DNA of 62,991 nucleotides, filler included, from Pirum gemmata (Eukaryota): NCBI GenBank assembly GCA_002812295.1. It is 25 parts of 25 records of this genome, joined end to end, with 100 filler letters (N's around TTAATTAATTAA, not from the genome) between each part and the next. Parts side by side here need not be neighbours in the genome. Positions count along the whole stretch, not along the records: positions 51,276 to 53,511 come from PDIN01007373.1; positions 53,612 to 55,889 come from PDIN01007374.1; positions 55,990 to 58,268 come from PDIN01007375.1; positions 58,369 to 60,646 come from PDIN01007376.1; positions 60,747 to 62,991 come from PDIN01007377.1; 20 more parts are not named here. One strand, 5' to 3'. Shown piece by piece: positions 52,284 to 62,991 of this stretch (position 1 is its first letter; each line of letters starts with the position of its first letter). The notes under the pieces were generated by a model. It saw only the letters and a program-made list of their open reading frames with translations, ran no database searches and was not told where the DNA came from. The position numbers and the translations under genes were made by a program.

Positions 52284-53366
52284 ATGATCAGTAATATGTA
52301 CACTTTAAATTTACTATTAGTCTTACTTGCTCATCAAGTATCAGGCCATGGACAAATGAGCTGGCCACCAAATCGTCGGGACATGTTAGGGCAACATGTA
52401 AGTGATAATCAAAAGCAACAAGTTATCAATCAATTTGGGGGTAGAACAACCAACTTTCATGGTCATCATCACTCTCCTTCTTCGTTTCGATGCCATGACT
52501 ATGGACCTACACTTGGGCAACCATTATTCACAATGAAAGCAGGAGAAACCTACCCTGTAAACCTAGATATGCTAGCAGATCACCCTGGAGATTGTGCTTT
52601 TTATATGTCTGATAAAAACCAAGATCAAGATCAACCAGAAAAATGGTACAAAATTGCTCATTTTCCAGGTTGTGGTTATGATAAAGATCCAAGCAAGAAT
52701 ACCGAAGAATGGCCATATCGTCCAACGGGCATTCCCGAAATGATTGTAGTCAATGTGACTATTCCAAAAGATATACCAAAATGTGAACATTGTGTGTTTA
52801 GATGGGAGTGGTTAGCAGTTCATATGTCTGCTGGTCACCCAAGAGGACCTGGCTGGGAAGTTGAAACTGGTACTCAGTACTATACGACTTGCTCTGATGT
52901 TAGAGTAGAAAATGACGCCGATGATGGAAGTTTTGCACCTGACTATACCGTAGCCATCAATGGTGTTGAACATATAACTGATTATCCACAGTATCATCCA
53001 CATAGAAACCCTTATAATGATAACAATTGGCCGGCTTCAGGTTATTACAATCCTCCGGTAGCGAAGTTTACAAGTGCAAAGGACAAGGCTCCTGTGAAAT
53101 TTCACACAACTTGTGCCAATGCTGATAATAAATCTGCTGTACAAGGTTTGAAAAAGGGACAATACACTTCATTAGAGTTAAAACGTTTGGTTGAAGATTA
53201 TGACATTGTTTCTATGAGCGTTCTTCCTGGTCATGCACTATTAATGTTTTCTGAAGATAATTTTAAAGGAAAATATATAATACATATGAGTGACAAAAAT
53301 GAAGATTGCTATCAAGAGTTTTTCAATTCGGGCCTGATTAAGTCTATTATTGTATCAGAGTTTTAA
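52284..53366 (+). CDS. Secreted LPMO-like (histidine-brace) protein with a C-terminal beta/gamma-crystallin-like module
   Basis: Signal peptide ending VSG|HG, second His in DHPGDC, IPKCEHCVFRWEWLAVH, QYYTTCSDV; C-terminal GQYT...IVSMSVLPGHALLMFSEDNFKG. Intronless and complete. Confidence 0.8.
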   Translation: MISNMYTLNLLLVLLAHQVSGHGQMSWPPNRRDMLGQHVSDNQKQQVINQFGGRTTNFHGHHHSPSSFRCHDYGPTLGQPLFTMKAGETYPVNLDMLADHPGDCAFYMSDKNQDQDQPEKWYKIAHFPGCGYDKDPSKNTEEWPYRPTGIPEMIVVNVTIPKDIPKCEHCVFRWEWLAVHMSAGHPRGPGWEVETGTQYYTTCSDVRVENDADDGSFAPDYTVAINGVEHITDYPQYHPHRNPYNDNNWPASGYYNPPVAKFTSAKDKAPVKFHTTCANADNKSAVQGLKKGQYTSLELKRLVEDYDIVSMSVLPGHALLMFSEDNFKGKYIIHMSDKNEDCYQEFFNSGLIKSIIVSEF

Positions 53367-53645
53367 TAATATTTAAAATACAATTACATTTTTTTAATTA
53401 AATATTTGTACATGTACTTTTGATTATTAATTAATATCATTTGTAATGATATCAATCAATCAAAAGTTAATTAATATCATTTGTAATGATATTAATAATA
53501 ATAATATTAATNNNNNNNNNNNNNNNNNNNNNNNNNNNNNNNNNNNNNNNNNNNNTTAATTAATTAANNNNNNNNNNNNNNNNNNNNNNNNNNNNNNNNN
53601 NNNNNNNNNNNTATTATTTCAAAACAAAAATAAAAAAATAAAAAA

Positions 53646-53727
<82 letters not shown>

Positions 53728-53797
53728 AAAAAACAAAAAAACAAAAAACAAAAAAAAAACGAATTACAATACAATAATATATTATTATAATCACACA

Positions 53798-55813
53798 ATG
53801 ACAGTTATATTAGACGCTAATAGAAATAGTAAATATGAACAACAATTACAAACTTACAATCTTGTTAACGAAAAAAGTAACGAACAACAACAACAACAAC
53901 AACAAACCACATGTACAGATGACTCTTTCGAATTCACTCCACCAAAATGGTACAAAAGCAACCTCTTTAAATTAGCAACTTTCATTATGATTTTTGACAT
54001 TGGCACTAATATAAGTGGTGATGTGTTTGAAAATCTTTACATGTATCAATTACTTTCTATTTATCGACTAGAGTTAAAACAAGCTATTGCCATAAGCACT
54101 TCAGTTTCGATGTTATCAACAGTGACCCCAATTTTTGGTGGTTGGTTAGGTGATTCATTTATTGGTCGCTTTAATGCAAGTATTGCTGGTTCAATGTTTG
54201 CTCTAGTGGCTGCAGTTTTAACTAGTGTTTCTGTTTTACCGAAAGTAGTAGCTAATGGTTATGGTTTACCAATTTGCTTATTTGTAGGATACTGTGCTAA
54301 TCCTATTACAATGGGTTTGATGTCTAATATTAATATATTTGGTGCAGATCAGTTTGATTCCAGTACTTTGAACAAGGCGAAGAAAACTTATATTGAAAGA
54401 CAACGAGATTTATTTTTCAATCTAGCTTACCTTGCTAATCCGTTATGTGCTATTTTTGCTTATAGTTATTTGTGTAGTTTAGGTTTACATGGTGATAGTA
54501 ATATTCCACAAGAATATGCATTATCGGCAGTTTATTTCATTGTTACCGGTATTTTACTTATCACTTTTTTATTATTTATTATACAAACTAAAAGATACAT
54601 TCGTATTTCTCCTTCTGGAAATAGTTTAGGTGGTATTGGGTTAGCTTTAGCTCGTTGTACTTTGAAGTCTAGAAAAGGAAAACTTATGTTTGCAGCTTGG
54701 AGTATGTGTTTTGCTTTTATTATTATGATATTATGCCAGTCTTTAGTATTTTTATTATGTTCAGAAGAAAAGGGGAAAATAATGTATTGGTCAACTGTTG
54801 TTGTTGCTGTTATTACTTTTGGAACTATAGTAATAGGCCATAGAGATAACAGTTTTTTAAATGATTTAGAAAATGATAAAGTATACAAAAAAACAATAAC
54901 AAAATGGATAACCTACGCAGAATTAAAAGGTACACTAGATGTTATTCCAACTTCGTTTATGGCTTGTTTCGCCTATGGAGCCTTTGTAGCCCCAACCAAA
55001 GCCTTTTACAACATCCAAACTTGTCAAAGTGATGTTCGCGTTAACGGCAAACAACAAATAGGTGCATTTTTTAGTTTATCAGGTTCCTTTATATCTTTAA
55101 TATTTGTACCGATCTTAGAAATTTTTATTATGCCTTGGCTTGATCGTATAAACGGGGGCCCAGTTGATCCTCGTAAAAAAATTGTGTTTAGTTATTTATT
55201 GGGAATTTCTTCTATTATAACTGCTATTATCCTGGAAATTATGCGTCGAAACAGTCCTTTAACTGACGAAATTTCCCTTTGTGCAGCGTTTGGTACAAAA
55301 ATGAGCTCATTTTCTGCATGGTATATGTATATTCCTTTTGGTCTTTCCGCTTTTTCTAGCGCTATTTTCATCCCTGCTATTCGTACTTTTGTTTATACCC
55401 AAACCCCGATTCGGTTACGCTCAACATTTACTAATCTAATAATGTTTTCCATTGTTGGAGGTACTACTGCGTATAGTACAGCGTTCACCACTCTGCCTTG
55501 GTTTAGTGAAAATATTAATGATGGAAAATTAGAATATATATATTGTCTTTATATTGTTATTGGTATAGTTTTGGCTGTCATTTATTATAATATTGGTGGG
55601 AGTTATGAATGGAGAGATTGGGAAAGAGAAAAAGCTCTTTCAGATAGAATGACAACGTCAATCAAAGATGAAACAACGTTAGATAGTAGAAGTATTGATA
55701 GTATTAATATTACTACAACGAAAATTGGAAAAAATGAAAAAAATGAAAAGAGTGAAAAAATAACTAATGTTATTAATGATAGTAACCTTATTAATAATGT
55801 TATAGAAATATAG
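53798..55813 (+). CDS. POT/PTR (proton-dependent oligopeptide transporter) family MFS protein
   Basis: PIFGGWLGDSFIGRF, NINIFGADQFD, FFNLAYLAN and FVYTQTP..LRS motifs with about 11-12 TM segments. Intronless 671 aa. Confidence 0.9.
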   Translation: MTVILDANRNSKYEQQLQTYNLVNEKSNEQQQQQQQTTCTDDSFEFTPPKWYKSNLFKLATFIMIFDIGTNISGDVFENLYMYQLLSIYRLELKQAIAISTSVSMLSTVTPIFGGWLGDSFIGRFNASIAGSMFALVAAVLTSVSVLPKVVANGYGLPICLFVGYCANPITMGLMSNINIFGADQFDSSTLNKAKKTYIERQRDLFFNLAYLANPLCAIFAYSYLCSLGLHGDSNIPQEYALSAVYFIVTGILLITFLLFIIQTKRYIRISPSGNSLGGIGLALARCTLKSRKGKLMFAAWSMCFAFIIMILCQSLVFLLCSEEKGKIMYWSTVVVAVITFGTIVIGHRDNSFLNDLENDKVYKKTITKWITYAELKGTLDVIPTSFMACFAYGAFVAPTKAFYNIQTCQSDVRVNGKQQIGAFFSLSGSFISLIFVPILEIFIMPWLDRINGGPVDPRKKIVFSYLLGISSIITAIILEIMRRNSPLTDEISLCAAFGTKMSSFSAWYMYIPFGLSAFSSAIFIPAIRTFVYTQTPIRLRSTFTNLIMFSIVGGTTAYSTAFTTLPWFSENINDGKLEYIYCLYIVIGIVLAVIYYNIGGSYEWRDWEREKALSDRMTTSIKDETTLDSRSIDSINITTTKIGKNEKNEKSEKITNVINDSNLINNVIEI

Positions 55814-56138
55814 TAACTATTGTTATTATTCACTTTGAAAATAAATTAAAAAAAAAATAAGTATTAAAATAAGGATTAAATTTTATTATNNNNNNNNNNN
55901 NNNNNNNNNNNNNNNNNNNNNNNNNNNNNNNNNTTAATTAATTAANNNNNNNNNNNNNNNNNNNNNNNNNNNNNNNNNNNNNNNNNNNNATATATGTTAT
56001 GTATGTTATGTTATGTTATATTATGTTTATATTTGTGTGTTTTCTTATAATGAACGTTTATAAGATAAGTATACATATAACATATGTATTAACTATGCCT
56101 TCTTATACACTTTTTTTTTTGTTTCGTGTTTAGTCTAG

Positions 56139-58268
56139 GCGAACCCCTCAATATAATTAATGTATCAAGTATTGATATAGCCACGTTTTTCCCACTTGTG
56201 GGTAATATTGAATTGGATGATACTTGGGGACAAAAGGAACAATTAAGGGCAAATAATGGTAAGATTGGTAATTTAACTTTGTTTAGCAAAGCCAGAAGTA
56301 ATACGTATGCGGATTACAATCCAAAAACTAAGTTAGCATTTTTCAATGAACCTACATGTGGATCGTTATTTAAACTTACAGAAGATTTTTCAAAAGAGAA
56401 CTCTGAGAGTGATACTTGGTGTTTTAAAAAATTTCAGCTTGTAAATAAAAAAAGGTTAGATGAACTTTCCCAGATTTTTTGTTTACGAAATCTTTCTTCA
56501 GGTATGTTTTTTTTCTTTTTTTTCATTTTTATTTGCTTTTATTTTTGCGTTTGTTTCTGTAACACTCACATATATTCCATATATACCCCTCAAACCTTGA
56601 TTCTAACCCATACTCTTACTATCTCGATTTTCCCCTAATCTAACGCTTATCTTAGATACGAAAGATAATAAGAATGATCAAAAGCCAAAGTTAGATGAAA
56701 AAGATTCAGGGCAAGAAAACCAAGAGCAAGAGCGAGAGTTCGGAGAAGACGAATGTGAAATCCGAGTAACATACAGAACGGAAAGTATGTTTTAAACTTT
56801 TTTCCTTTTAATTTTTCGTTTGTTATTTGTTGTTTGTCGTATTGTTTTAAATAGCGTTATTTTGATTGGGGTCGATTTGTTTTGAATTATTTTCACTTAT
56901 TTTGGTTTTTGTTACTTTGCCTTGATCGAAGTATAGAATCCCGTCTGCTCAATTTTCTTGCTGACTGACCCTTAAACCTTAATCTTTAACCTTTAATCCA
57001 TAAGCCTTAAACCATAATCTAAACTCTACACCTGTAGCCCGTAACTTTAAACCTTAAACCTTAACCCTTAACTGTCAACCCTTAACCCTAAAACTCTTAT
57101 CTCTTAACCCTTAATCCTTAACTCTTAGCCCTTAATACTAAAACTTAATCCTTAACCCTTAACACTCAACCCTTCCCTTTACCCTTAACTTTTAACCCTA
57201 GACTCTAAACCCTTAACCCTTAACCCTGGACTCTAAACCTTTAACCCTTAACCCTTAACCCTAACCCTAACCCTAACCCTTAACCCTTAACCCTTAACCC
57301 TTAACCCTTAACCCTTAACCCTTAACCCTTAACCCCTTAACCTTTCACCCTTAACCCTTAGCCCTTAATCTTTTTAACCTTTAAATGTTAACCCTTAACC
57401 GATAAGAAAAAAATAAATTTTATGTATAAATACATAAAACTAGATATTAGGGTTCCAATCGTATTAAAAAAAAAAAAATCTCTTTTTAAAATATTCTGTA
57501 GATACACGTGAAATCATTAAATGTGGTAAAATGATTCCCATTGGCTCCACAAATTGTGAAATATGTCATCACATCCTATTTAAAAAACAATCAAAGACGT
57601 CAGTGAGGTGTACTAAAAAGATTGAAAAAGGAAACAGCGAACAATATTTACCCGGCTACTGTAAAGTTCATAAAAAGTTAAAAGATAGAAGANCCAAAGA
57701 ATCTACATAAAGAAGAATTGGAAAGAAAGAATTTGGAAGATAAGATTAAGGATATTGTCGAAAAAGATAAACTTGAAGAATACCGAAAATGTAAAGAACT
57801 AGATTTTGAAGACTGTGTTGGAGATGTATCCATTGAAGAACTTTGTTACGAGTTTGATCCCCCACGTCTTACACTTCTTTTATATGATGAAAAATATAAA
57901 AGCAATGAAAAGGATGGTTTAGATTTTTTTAAAAAATTGCTTCAATCTAAATGTTTTAAAAGTTTAAAATTAATTTCAGAAACTATTTTTTCGCAACCAA
58001 ATTATCCAACACTTGCCGCCATAATTTATGAATTGCTCTCATCAAGATTTTTAGAAAACATGCAGGATCACACGGAAGCGGTCAAAACCTTTGTGAGCGT
58101 TTTTGGAACGAAGGATATCTCTGTCATGAAAAAAACGTTCTTTATGTTAAGTTGTGAATTTAAGAATTTAAAAGTAGCTAAAATTGCATATGAAGAATAC
58201 AGAAAGGACTACAAAACAACCTTTGATATTTGTCAACAGGATTTGGAGGGAAAGACAGTTTTGCATTA
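56139..58268 (+). CDS. Multi-exon unknown protein with a Cys/His cluster and the start of an ankyrin repeat; exons ~56139-56501, 56656-56784, 57502-58268 (partial)
   Basis: Phase-1 GT-AG junctions are consistent. C..CG...CEICHH...RC....YCKVH; ends DLEGKTVLH (ankyrin GxTxLH). The frame changes at the single N at 57694. Confidence 0.6.
56965..57400 (+). repeat. Intronic (CCCTTAA)n/(CCCTAA)n telomere-variant tract
   Basis: Degenerate units grade into perfect CCCTTAA heptamers and CCCTAA hexamers within intron 56785-57501. Confidence 0.9.
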
Positions 58269-58503
58269 NNNNNNNNNNNNNNNNNNNNNNNNNNNNNNNN
58301 NNNNNNNNNNNNTTAATTAATTAANNNNNNNNNNNNNNNNNNNNNNNNNNNNNNNNNNNNNNNNNNNNCATGTAAATTAAATTTCTGAGTTACCAAAAAA
58401 GGTAGCCAAATAAACAAATAGGGAATTCCACCCACTTTCGAAAAAAAACAAAAAAACCCCATTTTTTCAACTAGCTGTGGCGAGTCTGACAATACACAAC
58501 GGA

Positions 58504-58587
58504 TGGTGTCACCCGTGTAAATTTTTTTTTTTTTTTTTTTTTACACGGGTGACCCATGTAAAATAAATTTATTTTACACGGGTGATA
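58504..58587 (+). repeat. Left palindromic repeat (CACCCGTGTAAA...TTTACACGGGTG), inverted relative to 60581-60623
   Basis: TGGTGTCACCCGTGTAAA(T)nACACGGGTGACCCATGTAAAATAAATTTATTTTACACGGGTGATA. Confidence 0.9.
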
Positions 58588-58741
58588 CATTTTATAGAGT
58601 TATAGACTAGTATAGTAACTGTATAGTATAGTATACTTTTTTTTAGTATAGTATGATCATACTTTAAAAAATATTCGAATAGATAATAGACTAATAATAA
58701 TTTTTAAAAATTGAAATTCAAAATTCAAAATTAAAGCCAAT

Positions 58742-59702
58742 ATGAAAGTTTTCAATTTTAGTCTTATAACTACGTTTTTAATCGCAAATCAACTGAATCA
58801 ACTGGTGGCTGGATATGTAGAAAATATTATTCCGATATCAGCTTTATCTAACTCTTATGTGTATGGTACATCTATACCAGCCTTAGATTTTTTGAAACAC
58901 AAGGCCATGACTTCTAGACCAGCCGTAAGTGATTATCTTTCCAACTTTGCAGTTGAAGACCCAGGGGGGTTGGGGGATGATTTAATAATAGGCAATAAAG
59001 TAGTCGCTGATCCATCCCGTCATATTTTCCTCTCCATTCCTAAAGATGAAGAGTTGTCAGCTGAAACCAAATCTGCATTTAAGCAAATGATTGTTATCTT
59101 TGCAGCCATGCAAACGCATCTCCAAAAACAAAAATCGAACATTTATGATGCCGAAAAAAGTTTTGGAGTATTTGATAGGTTTACCGTGCTTTACGCAACT
59201 TGAAGGTACTACGTTGGACTTCCATCAATCTGAGACATCGGTAGAAGTGCCTTTAAATGAAAAACTTATCTCCGCAATACTCGGTTCTGCATTCACTGGA
59301 TCAGGCGCCATGTTATTAGTTAAGGAAGCAGTAGAGGCTGCTGGAGGTGCTATCAAACTGGGATGGGGCTCTAGTGGTCTTACGCAGCACGTTGGCTTTT
59401 TTCTTATTAATATACAGCAAATGGCTGATATGCCAATGATTGAAATTACACACTATACCAGTTTTCTTGAGAAAAAGTGCCAAGATAGCTATTCAAATTG
59501 TCACACTTTTCATTCTGAACAAATAGACATTTCTTATGTAAAGAATACGTTCTTATTTATTCCAGAAGACTTTTATAAATCATTTGACCTGGAAACATTA
59601 CAAAAAGAGCGGGCCACACAGGATCGTATTATCGAATCAGTATTGTCTGAAATAAAAACTCCTCCTAAGACTGACGAAAAGGCTGATGAAAAGACTGATT
59701 AA
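58742..59702 (+). pseudogene. Secreted ~319-aa protein with Evf/Cyt-like features, split by a +1 frameshift in an A6 run (59154-59159)
   Basis: Signal peptide MKVFNFSLITTFLIA...; ORFs 58742-59203 and 59091-59702 fuse on removing one A (AEK|VLEYL); intronless. The Evf-like call rests on recalled motif spacing only. Confidence 0.6.
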
Positions 59703-60580
59703 ATGTTTTAACGTTTAAATTTTTATTTTTATTTTATTTTATTTATAATTAAAATCAATAATATAAAATATTATAATATTTTTAAAAATTATTAATAGTA
59801 AATAATAAATAAAACTTTTATTTTTTTTTGTTTCTTAATTTGATATTAATTACATATTTAGAAAAATATTTCTGTTGATCCAATAATAATTACAATTTAT
59901 TATCCAATTATTAAAATAAACTTCCACATTTATCGTTTATTACTTAATTTGGAAATTATATCAACTTTTTTTTTTGGAAATATCCCTACATATACAAAAA
60001 ACCCAATAAAATTTTAATTAATATTATTTACTATTGAATTACAAAAATACCTACATATTTAGAAAAATAATAGAAAAAACTATAAAAATATTCTTGTTGA
60101 TCCTAATTGTATTCACATATAAAAATTGCATTAATTCCATGCCACCAAAAAAAAAAAAATTGCACTAATTCCACTCGTTATTTCCATGGTAGAAGTAGAT
60201 ATTGTAAATGGCAGTATTTCTATGGTAGAAGTATATATTGTAAATGTCAGTATTTCTATGGTAGAAGAGTGTAGAGGCTGTGTCTTGAAGTGTAGACTTA
60301 TTTTTTATAAATCATTTGACCTGGAAGCATTACAAAAAGAGCGGGACAGAATGAAAAGTGTAACCATTTGAATACAGCACTTTCGTACTGTTATTACATA
60401 GCAATAAGTCTACACTTCAAGCTACACAGCCTCTACACTACAGCACTTTCGTGTAGCAATAAGATAATGCACCGATTTAGCAGAAGGGCACCAGTGAGGA
60501 TGGCGAGTGATTCGATGATGAACATTTTTTTTTTTTTTTTGCACTATAGTATAGTATAGTATAATATTATTATAGTATAA

Positions 60581-60623
60581 TATCACCCGTGTAAAATAAA
60601 TTTAATTTACACGGGTGACACCA
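60581..60623 (-). repeat. Right palindromic repeat, inverted copy of 58504-58587
   Basis: TATCACCCGTGTAAAATAAATTTAATTTACACGGGTGACACCA. Confidence 0.9.
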
Positions 60624-60855
60624 CTGTCACACCAGCCCCAGTGTATNNNNNNNNNNNNNNNNNNNNNNNNNNNNNNNNNNNNNNNNNNNNTTAATTAATT
60701 AANNNNNNNNNNNNNNNNNNNNNNNNNNNNNNNNNNNNNNNNNNNNATAAATAATAAATAATAATAATAATAATAAATAATAAATAATAAAGAATAAATA
60801 ATAAATAATAATACAACACACAATTTAACAACAAACATTTTAATATAATTAATAC

Positions 60856-60991
60856 CTTCAACATTAAGTTTTTGTTTTGTATTGTCCTTATTCACTTTAT
60901 ACACTGCTCCTGTTGTACAATCATCAGCAGCAACATCTTGTGTTGTGAGTAGGACAAGTCCCAAACAGACATTATTGATTGAAAATTTCAT
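60856..60991 (-). CDS. First exon of a probable secreted protein
   Basis: MKFSINNVCLGLVLLTTQDVAA signal-like peptide, then DDCTTGAVYKV...NVE and G|gtatt donor. Confidence 0.55.
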
Positions 60992-61257
60992 TTTACTATT
61001 TTATTTTTACTAATCTTTTAAAATTACTTTTACTATTTTTATTATTAATATTATTAATAAAATAATATTACTATACTTATAATTTTGAAGAAATCTTTTT
61101 TTTTAAAAAACAATATTTTACAATTGTTTTTAAATTTTTTATTCAAAATAATGTAATAAATAATTATAATAAAATAATACTAACAATAAAATAAAAATAA
61201 CAAATTATGAATTTGAAGTAATAAATAAAAAAAAGAAATATCGCTGTATATATCAGG

Positions 61258-61289
<32 letters not shown>

Positions 61290-61314
61290 TAATTTTTAAA
61301 AAAAAAAAAAAAAG

Positions 61315-61348
<34 letters not shown>

Positions 61349-62087
61349 CAAAAAAAAAAAAGCAAAACAAAAAAAGTAATACAGTATAATACTTTTAAAA
61401 TAATTAGAACATTTGTCCGTCTTTTTTTATTTTTCTGTTTGTGAAAGTTATCTATCAGGGTTAATTAAGGTTAATTAAAAGGTTATGGTTAAGATTAATA
61501 TTATGTTTTGGTTAAGGTTAAGGTTATTTAATAATTAAGTTAATTTTTAAGGTTAGTTAGGGTAAGGGACTGTTAGGGCCAAGGTTAAGGTTGTGGCTAG
61601 GAGTACGATTTGGGTTTGATAAAGTTAGAGTTCGGGAGTGTTATCATAGTAGAGCTATAGTTATAAAGTTGCAGTAGACTAGAGTATTCGGCATTTTATT
61701 CTTCTCCACAATATATTCCTGACAATATTCACACAATTTTCTAAAACAATGATATATGTCTGTAGAGTGGTAAATTAATGAAGGAACAAATTTATGGAAC
61801 ACCTGAAATCAACGTAGGTAAAAGCGTTCAAGAAATAATACTTCACCCTTTCCATCAATTATATCATTGCTTCCAAAATAATCTATAGTCCCTTCTATAT
61901 TACCCTAGCCCTTCTATATATATCTTTTTTTATTTTTTTTAAAAAAAACTAAACGTCTATTCGACTAAAACAAATTAATAAATTAGAAAAAAATTTATTA
62001 ACCAATAATAAAGAATATTATATGACCAATGACAAAACTAATGACACCCATTCATGTGATCCTTTTTTTTTTCTCAGTATTTTTTTA

Positions 62088-62149
<62 letters not shown>

Positions 62150-62165
62150 TGTAGTCTAGTCTAAA

Positions 62166-62818
62166 TATTATTAGGCTGTCTCAGAAGTGGTGTAGAGTGA
62201 CTGTAGGCATTGGCAACCTGAAAATTTTCAAGTAGGTCGCTAGACTGTCGCTAGCTAGCTACTGGTATATGTATACATACAACATATCGTACTAGGCCTA
62301 GTCTAAATAATATTATTAGGCTGTCTCAGAAGTGGTGTAGACATTGGCAACCTGAAAATTTTCAAGTAGGTCGCTAGCTACTGGTATACATACAACATAT
62401 CGTACTATGAGAGGTTTATGTTTACGTTATTGTTAACTTATATTTACGTTATTAATTTAACCAACAACTACATAGATATCCTTATGAGCTTATATTTTAC
62501 TACTAGGTATATTTTACAATGTAGACTGTATAACTCTCTTTATATTATATGCATGTAGTGTATCATTCAATAATGTTTCAATTCAAATATCATAATATCG
62601 TAATCGACAGTAATCGTTTACCCACAGCCCTCTTTCTAAAAGCAGATAGACTGTGAGACCAGACTGTAGACTGGGTCTCTGGGGGTATTAAATTCTAGCT
62701 AATTCAATTCAAAAATCGTATCGTAATCGACTGTAATCGTTTACCCACAGTCCTCAAGATAGATAGACTGTGAGACCAGACTGTAGACTGGGTCTCTGGG
62801 GGTATTAAATTCTAGCTA
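62166..62818 (+). repeat. Two local tandem duplications (62166-62295/62312-62407 and 62578-62699/62705-62818)
   Basis: ATTATTAGGCTGTCTCAGAAGTGGTGTAGA... twice, and TCGTAATCGAC.GTAATCGTTTACCCACAG...GGGGGTATTAAATTCTAGCTA twice. Confidence 0.9.
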
Positions 62819-62956
62819 TGATGTTCTGCCTTTTTTTTTTTTTGTTTGAAAATTTCAAATCTATTTTTAAAAAAAAAAATTACTTTTATTTGAAAACCGA
62901 AAACTCTACTAGCTAGTGAAACCCAAAGGTTGAACGTTTTTTAATTGTTTGAACAG

Positions 62957-62991
62957 AGGGTTAGGGTTAGGGTTAGGGTTAGGGTTAGGGT
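62957..62991 (+). repeat. (TTAGGG)n at the window end; true telomere or another interstitial tract
   Basis: Perfect TTAGGG units with the G-rich strand running 5'->3' toward the sequence end. Confidence 0.8.

Noticed and set aside
59153..59160. Programmed -1 frameshift at A_AAA_AAG
   Set aside because: The heptamer is out of phase (GAA AAA AGT) and joining the ORFs needs +1, not -1.
49441..59702. Apparent cluster of MFSD5, LPMO, POT transporter, ankyrin gene and toxin-like gene
   Set aside because: Each gene is on a different contig joined by artificial spacers, so adjacency is not real.

Overview
This window is not contiguous DNA. It is 25 short contigs or scaffolds (mostly about 2.2-2.3 kb) from a very AT-rich, microsatellite-rich eukaryote. 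They are joined by an artificial 100-bp spacer (44 N + TTAATTAATTAA + 44 N), so gene neighbourhoods across spacers mean nothing. Genes use GT-AG spliceosomal introns and the standard code. An SGK-type kinase, WDR91, an ADA2/ADGF deaminase and TTAGGG repeats are compatible with an opisthokont, possibly a unicellular holozoan (inference only). Recognisable genes, mostly partial: UBZ-like finger protein, atypical Ras-family GTPase, SGK-like kinase, ADA2, MnmE/GTPBP3, a minimal LigE/LigK-type ATP-dependent DNA ligase, an S33/TAP-like alpha/beta hydrolase, WDR91, a Cys-rich tandem-exon surface protein, MFSD5, a POT/PTR transporter, an LPMO-like protein fused to a beta/gamma-crystallin module, and a frameshifted secreted protein with Evf/Cyt-like features between inverted hairpin repeats. 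Non-coding contigs hold several MITE-like families (one nested) and dense CTAG/AGCT palindromic microsatellites. The most unusual signals are: (i) telomere-type repeats inside introns, reading CCCTAA (branch-site CTAAC) on the sense strand in 7 of 8 genes; (ii) six copies of an exon 3' end plus its splice donor, interleaved with TTAGGG tracts, forming candidate 39-nt micro-exons; (iii) the hairpin-flanked toxin-like cassette; (iv) tandem exons whose introns are better conserved than the exons. All family calls come from motif recognition by eye; no database searches were run.
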